Positions 1-11,700 of a DNA stretch of 64,000 bases are shown here, piece after piece; the stretch's first letter is position 1; every line of letters starts with the position of its first letter. A program made the translations under genes and the position numbers. The notes under the pieces are model-generated. The model ran no database searches and was not told where the DNA came from. It saw only the letters and a program-made list of their open reading frames with translations. The stretch comes from Psammoneis japonica (Eukaryota): assembly GCA_008632985.1 (NCBI GenBank), contig QPGO01000269.1:1-64000 (forward strand). Direction: 5' to 3'.

Positions 1-2
1 CT

Positions 3-749
3 TGCGGCGGTGTCGACTTCGCGAACGGACCTTGTGATGCCCAAGATCATTGTGACGGTTCAGGTGGCTGTGTGGACAAGAAGCAACCGTTAACATTTGA
101 ATGCAGCCCGCCAGAAGGCCCTTGTCAGCATGCTGCGCATTGCGATGGCGAGACCGATGCATGCCCCGAAAAAGAATTCAAGCCTGCCACAACTGTTTGT
201 CTCGGGGACGGCAGCGACGCCTGCAATCCCGGCGAGCATTGCACCGGAACCGACGCTGATTGCCCAGAAGACATTGACCACAACAACGGTGGCTGTGCGT
301 TCAAGTGTGGAACAGACCAGCACATGTGTGGCGTTAAAGCTGGCCACGGTGGCGTCGAAATGAGAGCCAGAGGCAAAAACGTAATTCTCAGTGTTGGCGG
401 ATGCAATGTTGGCAACATCGACGACACGCACGAGCTCGATTGTCTCCAGTGCCAGCCAACCGGCGGTGATTTAGGCAGCATCAGACCGCAGGATGGCGAT
501 TGCACTTGCGGACACGGTGTGTCGAACTGGGCTGTTCTTGTCTGCGAGGATGATGGCGAGGGCAATCCCACTTGGTCTTGCTGTGGCAAGTGCGAGGATG
601 GCGATGGATGTTCCACCATTGACGGTGCTCCTGCTGAGTGCCCTGACACGCTCACTGCACGCCATTTGATTGGTTTGCGCCATTGGGGCGTGGATCCGTC
701 TGGATGTGCAGGAGTGGTGGATGGATGGATGGATGGATGGATTGGATGA
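3..749 (+). pseudogene. 3' part of a Cys-rich disintegrin-like repeat protein gene (cut by window edge), probably mutationally eroded
   Basis: Frame open from nt 3 (CGGVDFANGPCDAQDHCDG...). Repeats C-x(4)-C-x-G-x(4)-CP (CQHAAHCDGETDACP, CNPGEHCTGTDADCP). No Tyr in ~250 codons, His at the E-Y-C position, and the frame runs into a (GGAT)n microsatellite. Confidence 0.6.
717..748. repeat. (GGAT)n microsatellite
   Basis: ggatggatggatggatggattggatga seen directly. Confidence 0.9.
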
Positions 750-1564
750 CGACGGAAATTTGGAAAGTTGTGATGGAGGACAGCTGGATTGACAGTGAAT
801 TGGATTGGAGCGGCGGCTCGTGAGTGGAGGATACATGTGAATGCATGTTTGAACGAAAGAGGGCTCGGCGGAAGATCTAAAGAAGACGAGATGGCGGAAG
901 AGTCCCTGTTTTTGCATTTGCGATTTGAAAAACAGGAAAGCCTTGGTCCGTGAGTTGAACACAAGAACTGGCGATGTATGAAAAAACCCTCATGGATGCA
1001 AGAGAAAAAACCAACTGCACTGGATGGACAGCGTTGACATCTAATGGGAGCTCGGTGCGGTTGAAACATTGTGTGTAAGTAGAAACAGTTCAACAGTTGT
1101 CGTTTGCGATTGTTCGAAGCAACACCGTGCAACGAGCGGCGTTCGGAAAATGGTGCCGAAATCTGCGATGGAGCAATGCGGCCAGTTCGACTCAACACAA
1201 CGGCGAACGAAGCAAAACCTGCAACGTTTGTTGATGGATCGGGTCATCGACGCGAACACAACGATGCCATTGGAGCAGCAGTGGATTGCTCTTCGCAACA
1301 AGTCGCACTGATGGCGAAAAAGAAAAGCAAGACGCTTGCTGCCATCGGGGGCGTTGTCATCATCAGTCCGCACAGGCAGTGTTCATTCGAGTGGTGTGGC
1401 ATGTTCTTTGAAAGCACAACATCGCACACAGGTGCAAAGCAAAAGAGCGAAAGTGCACGTTTCGAAACACAAAGATGGAAGCCTAAAGCTGCTTCGGATG
1501 AGTGTGGCAATGTTCTGCCGCATGTTCGTGTGGTTTCGACAAAGACGATGGATGAGGCCTGGGT

Positions 1565-1772
1565 TGGGGGAAGTCTCCAGCCAGCTGCTGGCTGAAGAAT
1601 TTTATGTGGGATTTGCACTGAAAGAGTCTGTCGATCTGTGCATTAGGGAGTTTTGGTGAACGCTGGACAGACTCGTTTTCTTTAGCGTGCGTAAAAATTG
1701 CACTTGCAAAACCCCCAAACGCACTGACGAGCAGACTTTTTTCAGCCAGCAGCTGGCTGGAGACTTCCCCCA
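1565..1772. mobile_element. 208-bp MITE, copy 1 (TG...CA ends, 32-bp perfect TIR, 4-bp TSD GGGT)
   Basis: TIR tgggggaagtctccagccagctgctggctgaa at both ends; gggt at 1561-1564 and 1773-1776; second copy at 7705-7912. Confidence 0.92.
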
Positions 1773-2149
1773 GGGTTCCGTTGCCTGTGCACGACCATGT
1801 TGGGGGAAGCTCCACAGGGTTCTTGCACTGGCAACAAAGATCAATGCCTTGAGCCTCCAAGCGACGCTCAATCCATGGCATGCTGCCGCGTGCATGAGGG
1901 AATTGCTGGTGAACCGCCGCCGCCGCCCTCTCCTCTGATGCATTGACCTTGCGCTGCGCCTCCATGCGACGCAAAAAGTCGTGTTCTTTCACATCGCCGA
2001 CCAAACCACCAATGTTGGTCTGTCAATGTTTCCAAAGAGCAAAAGATGATGAGTGTTTGCATCATGGTGGACAACTGTGCATGAATGGTCACCAACGGAG
2101 CGAGTGGCCACCGATGGAACGAGTGGCCAACAATGGAACGATGCGAGTG

Positions 2150-2477
2150 CGGTGCTGCGAATTGCTGGACAATTGCGCGACACACGTGCCCGAAGGGTGA
2201 TTGTTGCTTCGGGCACGAAATTCAAGCTTTGCGCACGTAGAGACCGTAGAAAACACACCAGCATTCGAGAATGTCCGATTTGTGTAGATCACGCAGCACA
2301 GCACCACAGAGGTCATTGATGAAATTGCTTTGACGACTCATGCGACTGCAGCGAGATTTTCAATGCCACATGCCATGTGGAGTGGACATCTGCGCGAAGG
2401 AAGAATGTTGCTTCGGGCAATGACATTCGACCTTCGGGCACGTGCATCGCGCAATTGTTTTGCAATTTGCAGCACCG
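2150..2477. mobile_element. ~330-bp MITE-like element with ~48-bp imperfect inverted repeats
   Basis: cggtgctgcgaattgctggacaattgcgcgacacacgtgcccgaagg matches the reverse complement of 2431-2477; internal cttcgggca repeats; no clear TSD. Confidence 0.65.
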
Positions 2478-2547
2478 GCACCGGTTTGCATGGATGCGGC
2501 ACTTGACAGGCGCCGCCAAAGACGAATGCGCGCGGCTCGTGCGCGGA

Positions 2548-2692
2548 GAAAAGTGCGAGGTCGCTCACAAAGTGCGAGGTCCGGAAGTGCGCATGACGTC
2601 GGAAAGTGCGAGGCCGGAAGTGCAGTGTGCACGACATCGGAAATAAAGTGCGAGGTCTGGAAGTGCGCACGACGTCGGAAAGTGCGAGGTCA
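2548..2692 (+). repeat. Degenerate minisatellite (aagtgcgaggtccggaagtgcgcacgacgtcgg-type units)
   Basis: aagtgcgagg occurs five times with interleaved ggaagtgc...cgacgtcgg. Confidence 0.85.
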
Positions 2693-4659
2693 AGAAAAAC
2701 ATGAGCTCGCAATGGTGAGTTGGTCACAGACAACAGTCGAGCGAACGGGCACCACGAGACTGCACAGACAAAGGCACGCTGTGGATTTCGATGGGCAGTC
2801 AAGTTTGATTTGAAGGACGGTTCTCATGTTTCTCGTGTGACAATGAGACAAAAACAGGGGGAAACGTCAAGCCTGACGAAACCACAACGCCACCGAAACG
2901 CTTTGCACAGACACCATGGTGTCAAGTGCGACATTGTGGAAGCATCAAACGACATCAAAAGAGCAGAACGACGAAAGTGCCGTGTACAGATTGCTCCTCG
3001 CCCTTGAGCACACGAGGAAAAGTCAAAATGTGACGCGTTTGCCGAGAAACAAAGCCACGCAGCACTTGCCATGAGATTTCCATGCACCTCGGTGCATGAC
3101 AGAAGGGCACTGAGTGCCAAAGCGCTGAATGCAGCAGTCGTTTTCATCATGGGGTGCCGCATTGTTCGCTCAACAATGCTCGTTTTTTTGTTTTTTGACA
3201 CTGTTCAAAGCACTAGTTTTTTTGCGAGAGATCGACCCTCCAGCACCGGTTCTGTCACAACAAGGTAGAATCTACTGGTGTTTGCACCAGAGATGAAGAA
3301 AGAGTTGGCAAAGGCAACATCCAAGTGGGCGCACCACAGTTCTTGGCCCGTTCATTTTCTACATGGCCTGGCACAACCCAAATCTGTGTAGATTCAGCAC
3401 ATTTCGCCCTGTGGAACAGTTTTTGGGTGTGTTTTCTGGCTCACGACGCAAAACAACACGCAAAATGACACGGACAATGGCGTTTCGCCGATTTCAAAAA
3501 TGCGGTTGTTTCTGAGGTACTTTGTAGTGCACTCTCAACGGAGTGTCACATGTCATGGCACAAGGCATGTGATGAGCTCGAGAGTGCACAGGTTCACATG
3601 GGCAGATCATGGTGAAATTTTGAACTGAAGATTGGTGTTGACACCGCCGATTTTGTTGCATCAACACGCAACTCATGCATCACCATTCATGCTGTGCATT
3701 TCGTTGAGCACTCATGCGCTCATGTTCTTTCAACTTACACACACATTGTCTTTCCGCATTGTTGTTTTGTTCTGTAGGGTCTCCCTTGCCATGGGCCATC
3801 CCTGAGAGAGAAGTGCTTGCTTTGAATGTCGCTTCTACCTTGCAACGGCCACGGCAGTCTGACGACAAGTCCAAGTCACAGATGCAGCATCCGGATGACT
3901 TCACAACAAATGTGGAAGCTTGGGTCTGTGGTGTCTGAAGATGTTCAAGCTCTCAGCAGCTCAGATTTGTCGTCGAGCAATTTTGACGCGCATTTGATGT
4001 GCCTCCAGAAGGTGATGCGCAGTTTTGTTCGACAGAGAAACGAGCCATGGCGATTGTGATGGCTTACATTGAGTCTCACAGATGCAAGGTAGTTTATGAT
4101 GTGGAAATGTGTGACTCATTTGCCTCATCTGCTAAGCCTGTGCAACACATTCAGGTGTCAAAGTCGGGGCAAATTGTGCACAATGCCAAGTCTCCAAAAA
4201 CAGCACAAGAGTGCAAGCCCAAAAGAAGAATTGGCTTTGCAACTTATCATGGGAGTGTAGAGCTTATTTTTCTGGGGCATCATGTCTCTGTTGTTTTCAT
4301 GGAGTGGACATTCACTGGTGTTGTTGCCGCCAATGTGCGAGTTCGCCTTGACAACACGTTGCACTGCATTCTCTGAGAGTTTGGAATGAAAAAACAACTT
4401 GCATTTACATCACTCTATCATAACAGAAATGTATGAGCTATCCCTGGCCCTTTTGGAGAAATGGGGCAAGTGAAAGAGGAGCTACAGAAAGATGCGGACG
4501 ACGCCATTTTGATGGATTGTCGTCAGGTGGTGTGTCGAGAGGAGTCGTGATGGAGTGCCGCTTTGTGTTTTTGTACTGCGTCTATGTAGGAATGTACGTG
4601 CTTGGCTCTCGTGTAGTTTCTACGTAAAAAGTGTACCAGGCGATCTCTGGACCGCCCTC

Positions 4660-5210
4660 TTAACAATCCTTCCAAAATCGATCTGTCCTTTCTATGCAAG
4701 GATTCGGTAGCTGTCCAACGCATGGAAAAAGGCGGAGAAATTCAAGCTCTATTTAATGCAGTTCCTGACATCTTTTCCAGTGAATGTTAAATAGCCGGTC
4801 TTTGTCCAATCTAGGAATGTCACCGTTCAGTCTGCCTAGACAGATTGCCCCACTATCAGTTTTTAAGAGGGTATAGGACAAACGTTTAGTTAAAATATAG
4901 AAAATGTCCATACATTATTCCAACCCATCAAAAATGCGGAGACATACTCTATCCATTTAACGAACCTGACATCTTTTCCATTTAATGTTAAATGGACTCT
5001 TTGTGTCATGTCCAAGAATTGCTGTTCAGTGCTTTTACGATTAGAAACACATTGCCCCACTATCAGCAGTTTTAGTCACGAACGGAGAAACAGTTAGTCG
5101 TAGTTAAACGAATGCCTTGATACGCAGTTACTCCAACGATGAAAAGCGTGAGTCAGGCCATTTAACGCACTGACATCTTTTCTTGTGAATGTTAAATAGT
5201 CATGTCCGGG
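4660..5210 (+). repeat. Non-coding dispersed repeat with ~204-bp internal periodicity; paralogous to 18124-18620
   Basis: taacaatcc..ccaaaatcgatctgtcctttctatg shared with 18124; ctgacatctttt...aatgttaaat recurs near 4765, 4965 and 5170. Confidence 0.8.
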
Positions 5211-5349
5211 AAGAAGCTCCGCAGTTTCCCCGAGAGGTGATCGTGCTACGAGCACGTGCTTGTCCGTCCGTGTGCTTAGATTTTTTTGGGTGTGGCTTTT
5301 ACGAGCAAACTGGGAACATTTGGAGTGCACACCGGTCACCGCACCCTAC

Positions 5350-8300
5350 ATCGCATGCCTCTTCTTCCACTGCCTTCTCTTCCGCCACGCCGGTCCTTCT
5401 CTGACGAGATTTTGGCATGTGAGAAGAATGAAAGAGGTGGCCGCGGAGGTGGCCCAGAAGAACAAACTGAAAAGGAGAAAAAGGGAAGGAAAGAAAAAAA
5501 AAGAAACAAAGAAGAGAAAAAGAGAAGACATTGCTGGGCCAGCTGTCAACTTGGGGCCCTTGGCTGGGCTTGTGCCTGCAAAGCAGCTTGTCTGTAACTT
5601 GAGGTGCTGTGGTTTTGTGCTTGACAGCAAAGCTCCCGCAGCATGCAACCATGGAGTTGTTGTGTCAGTCTGTGACAGCTTCACAATGGTGTCTTTTGTG
5701 AGCATTTTGCTGCCAGTCTGCCATGGCTTCTTTTGGGCAGCTTGTTGTCCAAGCCTTGCCCCACCAGCTTGGCCACTGCTGTGGATCTACACCTTCTTCA
5801 TTCTCCAAAATTCAGTGCACACTTTGGCGGGTTTGGCTCCGTTGTGTTCAAACAATTCTCTGAAGTCTCCAAGTGAGAAAACACGGTGTCATCCTCTTCA
5901 AAAGCTCTTGACAAAAATCCCCATCGACAAGCACTGGCCTTCCCATCACATGTCATCAGCAGACCAGCACCTGCCTCAACAAGCTCACAACACATCTCCT
6001 GTGGCAGCATCTGTGGATGCTGTGCCCAAGTTTTGGCCTTGTGTGTCACAAAGTCTTGAGAGAACTTGTGTGACAAGCTTTGTCACCTGCTGCCACCTTT
6101 GGATTTCCAGTGCAGCCACAGCTGCTGCAGGAGGCTCATCCAACAACAGACAAGACAGGAGAAATTTCACATGCTTGTTGCTGCACTGCCAAGGAGAGGG
6201 GTTTTTAATGCCTTGCTCTTGCCAGTTCCCACTGGGACCTCAAATTGACCTGCAACCTTCTTCATTCCTGCTGCACTTTGCCTTGAATTTTGGATGGCCA
6301 GCTGAGCAAGAAGACCCCCTGACTGCCTGTGTTTCTCAGCTCATGTCTCTGGCTTTGTGACACATGGTGCAAAGCAACATCATAAAAATGCTTGTCGTTG
6401 TGCTTTCCCAACACTGTCCCATCAGCCAGTGCCTTGTGGCACAGCTCTTTGCTTGCTGGCTCCCAACTGGGAGCTCCTTGTGGTCTGGTGTCTTCTTCAA
6501 GCAAACCACACCCCATTCTTGCCCAAAGAGGGGGGTCAGACCAATGCACATGCCTGAAAGAGACCCTGTGTCACATCATGAGGTTCCACAATGAAAACGA
6601 GTGAGATGAATGAACAACAACACATCAGCTGCAACGGGAGCGGTTTTCTGCTTGTCTCTTCATTGTGCGAGTGTTGCGTGAAGCCTTTTTGATGTTGAAT
6701 CTACGCCACAACACACTGAGAGTGTACGCCACAAAATTTCAAAATTTCATTGATTTTGCACTGGGTCTGCGCCACTTGGCGCATGTAGAATCTCATGTAA
6801 AAATGATGTGCGCCACTGTGGCACAAAATTTGTGTGCACCCTGAACCATTCTGTGCCACTGGTGGCGCAGGGTCTGGCATGTTTTTTACACTTCTGGCAG
6901 GAATTTTTCCATTGTGACATGGACTTGCCCGATCTCTCTTGGCATCACACCACCCTGCCTCAAATTGCTTCCCACCTGCCCGTTCTCCCCCTCCTCTGCA
7001 TCTTCCTCCTTTTGCCATCCTTCTACTGCCACCCTGCTTTGCTCACTTTGTCTTTGATCCCTTGACCCCTTCCTGCTCTCCTCCCAGGCCCCCATCCTTT
7101 TGTTGCCCTCCCCGAGTCTGCCACTTCCTTCACCAACTTGGCACTGCTGTCAACCCTTTCTTCTTTCCTTTTCTGGCACTTGCTTGCACAATGGATCCCC
7201 AGATCTGGCCCTCCACATCCGCGAGTGCCTCCGTGGCCATGCAGCTGCTGGAGAACCTCCCCTCCCTTTTGTTTTTCAAGTTCCCACCTCCCTCTTTTTC
7301 TTTGACAACTTTGTCCTCCATGTCAACGATTGCCATGCCGACTCTTTTGGTGCCCCTGACATTGTCATGCCCAACCCAAGCTTTGCTTTGCCTCTCTCTC
7401 CCACATGACTGTGCCATCTTCCCTTTTCATCCTGCCCAACCCTTCCCCAGCTTTTGCAGCTCCTTTGATGCCTGCTTCTGCTGACCCTTCCACTTTTCAT
7501 TCATTTCATCAGGCTTTCCCAAACCTTGACATCTAAAAAAAAATGCTGTCACAGCACAAAAAAGAAATTGTTCTCTTGAGAACCGCAGCTGGCATGAGTC
7601 AATGACTGCATGTTCTGCTTCATCCATGCTCTGCCAGCAACTGAGGAAAAGATTGGGCATGTTGTCAGCAGCCAATGACTCTCTTGTGGGCAGACAACAC
7701 ACACTGGGGGAAGTCTCCAGCCAGCTGCTGGCTGAAGAATCTTGTGTGGAACTTGCACTGAAAGAGTCTGCCAATCTGTGCATCAGGGGGTTTTGGTGAA
7801 CGCTGCACAGACTCATTGTCTTTTGCGCACGTAAAAATCCCACTGGCAAAACCCCCAAACGCACTGACGAGCAGACTTTTTTCAGCCAGCAGCTGGCTGG
7901 AGACTTCCCCCAACACACACACACATCATTTTCCCCCGCTGTCCTCCTCAAAAGCTTTGGTGCATCATTTTCCACTTTCTTGTCAGATCCAAGTCCAAAA
8001 TTCTGCACAAACATTGTGCTGATTGTGCAAGCATGTGTTTGACAGTGCGCAGTGGACGCGACTGTTTGCAGAGCACATTTTGGAGGAAGTTGCAGGTGTG
8101 GCCATTTGCCCAGCACATTTTTTGTGATCACATTGGGCAAGACAGAAAATTTGGGTTGTGTGTCAACAGGAGAACAGGAGAAGTGGCTGGCATGTTTGCA
8201 TCACTCTCTTGACTGTGGCAGCATCTTTTGCAGGATGTTGTCATGCAGCACTGCTGGGCCAGACAAAAATGTGCTCTGCTCCTCATCAAACCATGCAAAG

Positions 8301-8730
8301 CTTGCAATGCCAGAGACAAAGAGAGGCAGGGTTGTTCATGGCATAGAGCTGAGCACCCCTGAGCAGATGGGGAAATGACTCATCTGCAACATTGGTTTCT
8401 TTGCGGGTGCTGTGCAGGTGCTGATGAGAAACCCCACCTTCACAGCCTGTTGCACCTGGATGAGTGGAGCTGGCAAGACATTGGCTGGGAAGTTGTTGAC
8501 TGCACCATGTGGTTGGGCAAATTTGGGATTGTGCACAAACCAAAAGACCACCCATCATTTTGTTTGACAACTGCCCCATGCTGGTGGTCAAAGCAGCCCT
8601 GGTTGGCAATGAGATTGCACTCAGTTGGCATCACCTTTTGGAGCAATGACCACTGCTGGGCAGGTGTGTGGTCCAGTCATCACTGGAATGCTGGGGCTGC
8701 ACCACCACTGCCATGTTGCACCAGTGCATG
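5350..8730. mobile_element. Unclassified decayed transposon-like pieces (TpA/CpG-depleted); possible LINE-like fragment near 8370-8730
   Basis: Near-absence of TA and CG; clustered (TA/TG)CGCCAC motifs at 6700-6870; hosts MITE copy 2; no unambiguous domain recognised. Confidence 0.45.
7705..7912. mobile_element. 208-bp MITE, copy 2 (TSD ACAC)
   Basis: Same 32-bp TIR and length as 1565-1772; acac at 7701-7704 and 7913-7916. Confidence 0.92.
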
Positions 8731-8799
8731 AGAGCAGAGCATGCAATTGACTCAAAATGACAAACAAATGAACTGATCATGCTGCATGACTTGCGCTCA

Positions 8800-11700
8800 C
8801 TTGTTGGGCTGTTGCACAACTGGAGACATTGAAAAAGCAGAAGCTCAAGGTTGTGCAAACTGGCAGCTGTTGTTGTTGCAAAAGCTTTTAACTGAAAATT
8901 GTCACTGCAATGTCAACCAGAGATTTTGATGGCAGAACTTGAAATTGGAATGTGCGAGATCATGCATGGCAGACAGGTGGAATGACAGATGTCAACACTC
9001 CCTCTCAACTGCAGAGCTGCTGGCATGAGAGACTCAACCAACCAGATGTAAACTTGTCAGTGATGAGTCCCTTTCACAAATTGATCAGCAAGCTGTGGAT
9101 CATCTCCTGCAGGCTCAATCCAGATCTCAAGACCCTCCACCTTCATTCAGAACCAATGACAGGGAACACCAATGTGCTTGGTGTGTGGAGAGGGCTTGGC
9201 CATTTTTGCAAACTTGAGGCATGCTTGGTTGCCTTTATGAACAACCACAAAGAAGGGATTGTGCCATCTTTTACATCAGAGAAGGCTTTGGACTTGGCAG
9301 TGGCAGGGGTCTTGCAGCCCTTGAGTCTGAATGCATGACTCTTGAATTCTTTCAAAATTTCACAAATTGGAGTCAAGTTGCACATGGCAGCCAACACAGA
9401 GTGAAGTGCTTGGCTTCAACAGCAGAAAGTGCAATCTGCATCTGCAGCTTGGACACCCACAAAATGGGACAATCACAATGCAAGATGACGTGCCCAGTGC
9501 AAAAGACTTGATGCTGACTGGGTCTTGAGAGTCTTCATGACCACAAAGGTCAGCAAAGTTGGCATCAACAAAGCAGTTGATGTGCTTGTTGTCACTGCGA
9601 CACAGACAGAGAGTCCCTTGTCCCTGGTGCCTTGCAAATGCAACAGAGTGCACTGCGCCACAACTGCGTGGGAGTGCTTGGAAGGACAGGAGAAGCAGGC
9701 AGCTTGGTGTGTGGTGCAGCAGATGTCGGGTTGGGAGCTCAATGACAAATGCACCAACATGCCAATGACAGAATGACAACCCCAGTTCTCTCATCAAATT
9801 TGGCTCCCTCTTTGTCCACATGACATGAAGAGGTGATGCTTGGGGCAGGGGCTGAGCAGCAATCTTCCACACCAGCCATCTTGAGGACCATGTCAATGAG
9901 TCCATGCTGTGTGAGAAGAAATTCCTTGGGGGGCAGTCTTGTGAATCTCAACACCAATGAAGCCACCAACTTCTCCCTTGGTTTGCATCCTGAACACGTG
10001 GCATTGATCTCTGTCTTGAATCCCTGGAGCCTCAATCTCACATTCTAGGACAGCTCCATCCTTGACAGTGAGAACAGCATCATTGACATGGACCACACAA
10101 ATCATCCTGTCCTTGAAGAATGCTGGGCATGGGTCAACTTGCAACTGAGTCCACCCTTCCAACAAGCCTTTGCACAGCTTGTGGTCAAAGAAGCTTTTGG
10201 GGGCTTGCTTGAGTCCACAGAGACTCTTGAAAAGCTTCAACGCAATGTTCTTGGATCCCAAGCTGGTGGCAAAACACTTGGGTGGCTCTGCATGAACAAC
10301 TTCCATCATCTTGGCCTGCGCAAATGCGCTGGTGTGGTTGACCTGATGGGTTGTTCAACCTTCTTGTGGGACAGCACTCAATGTGAGATGGAGAGTTGAC
10401 CACTGGACCGCTGGAGTGCAGGTCTCAAAGCTGTCTCAACTCTCTCTTTTTGCGGTTCCTCACAGACACAGAATTGTGCCTTGAACTTGAGCAGCATGCC
10501 ATCTGGCAGTCATTTCAACTTAAAGGCCCGCGTGGACTTGAGCACATTCACAGACTTTTTGTGCTTCACAAATTGCCACATTTTGCAGCGGACTGGAGCA
10601 GATGCTTTGGTTTTCATGGCTTTGATGTGTTGCTTGGCAAAATTGCCTGAGAGAGCTTTGCAAATGTTTGGGGTGTTGGCATGGCATTTGACCTTGGCAG
10701 CATGGGTTTGATGGTCTTGAACATCCAACATGTCTTGGTCACAGTTCACCTAGATCTCAGCTGAGCAGGCAAGCTGATTCTCCAACCACAACTCTTCCCA
10801 GTGATCTGGTGGTTTGCTCTCCCTTGCAATTGAAGGAGCAACCATGGTGAAGAGATCATCAAATGCAACATGACACTGGGGAGCAATGGAGCCAGCATTG
10901 AAATTGAGGACCAGAGGAACCTCGCTGGTGTGAACATCACCAAGACCAAGAAACACACCACAACAAGAACACAGCTGCCAACATGGGAGTTTCTTCCCTT
11001 CCTGCAACTTGAAATCCAAGACAAAGATGTGACACCCCCAAATGTGGAGATCATGGAGATGATGGTGTGAGATGGCAAAACCAGCACAGATGTTGGCAGG
11101 ACAAAGGCTGTGAGTTCCAGGAGTGGCAGTGCAGATGTGGGCAGCACAGCAGACTGCCACAAGAGGCCAAACAGAGTTGTTGACACCACCACCATGCCAG
11201 TGAGTTTTTGAGGCATGCAGGATCATGGCATGTGAGCCACGTTGGATGTCAACCAAATTGAGCACTCTGCAACCCCACTTTGATGAGGAGCATTTGTGCC
11301 ACAGAAGTGCACGCATTGCTGGGAGTCATTGATGTGTGAAACAATCTGGTTGGCCTTGAAAGCACCGCCATTGGTGAGGTGAGTTTGAACGATTGCACCA
11401 CATCCCATTGCCACAGTCTCATGTGCCTGTTTTGCTTGAGAACAGTTTTGACAGCACAGAATCTGACTTGGTTTTTGATGGGGATGCAACCAGAGGTGTG
11501 GTCAACAAAAATGCAGCCGCCATCATGCTGCTGGGAGGAGGGTTTTCATTGGGAATCACAGGTGCAACCCTTGAGACATGATTCAAAGTGAGCGACACTG
11601 ACAGACTGGCCAGGCTGGAGATGCTCAGAGCTTTTGTTGCCTGGTTGTGCTCAGGGTTGGATTTCTTGACAGCAGACTGCAGAGAATGGTGGTGAGCCTT

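Noticed and set aside
125..1198. 357-aa minus-strand ORF, and antisense ORFs 40203-41003 and 41025-41702
   Set aside because: Shadow frames of plus-strand Cys-rich genes.
2548..2692. Repeat-spacer appearance suggesting CRISPR
   Set aside because: Units are degenerate and contiguous without unique spacers; eukaryotic context; no cas genes.
4750..5210. Regularly spaced repeats as a CRISPR or msDNA-like array
   Set aside because: Whole ~204-bp units are homologous, so this is a diverged tandem repeat.
5260..6360. 366-aa ORF, and similar long ORFs at 21572-22540, 47686-48588 and 58767-59609
   Set aside because: Cys/His/Trp-rich, Tyr-poor and motif-free; long frames are expected where TAA/TAG stops are erased by TpA loss.
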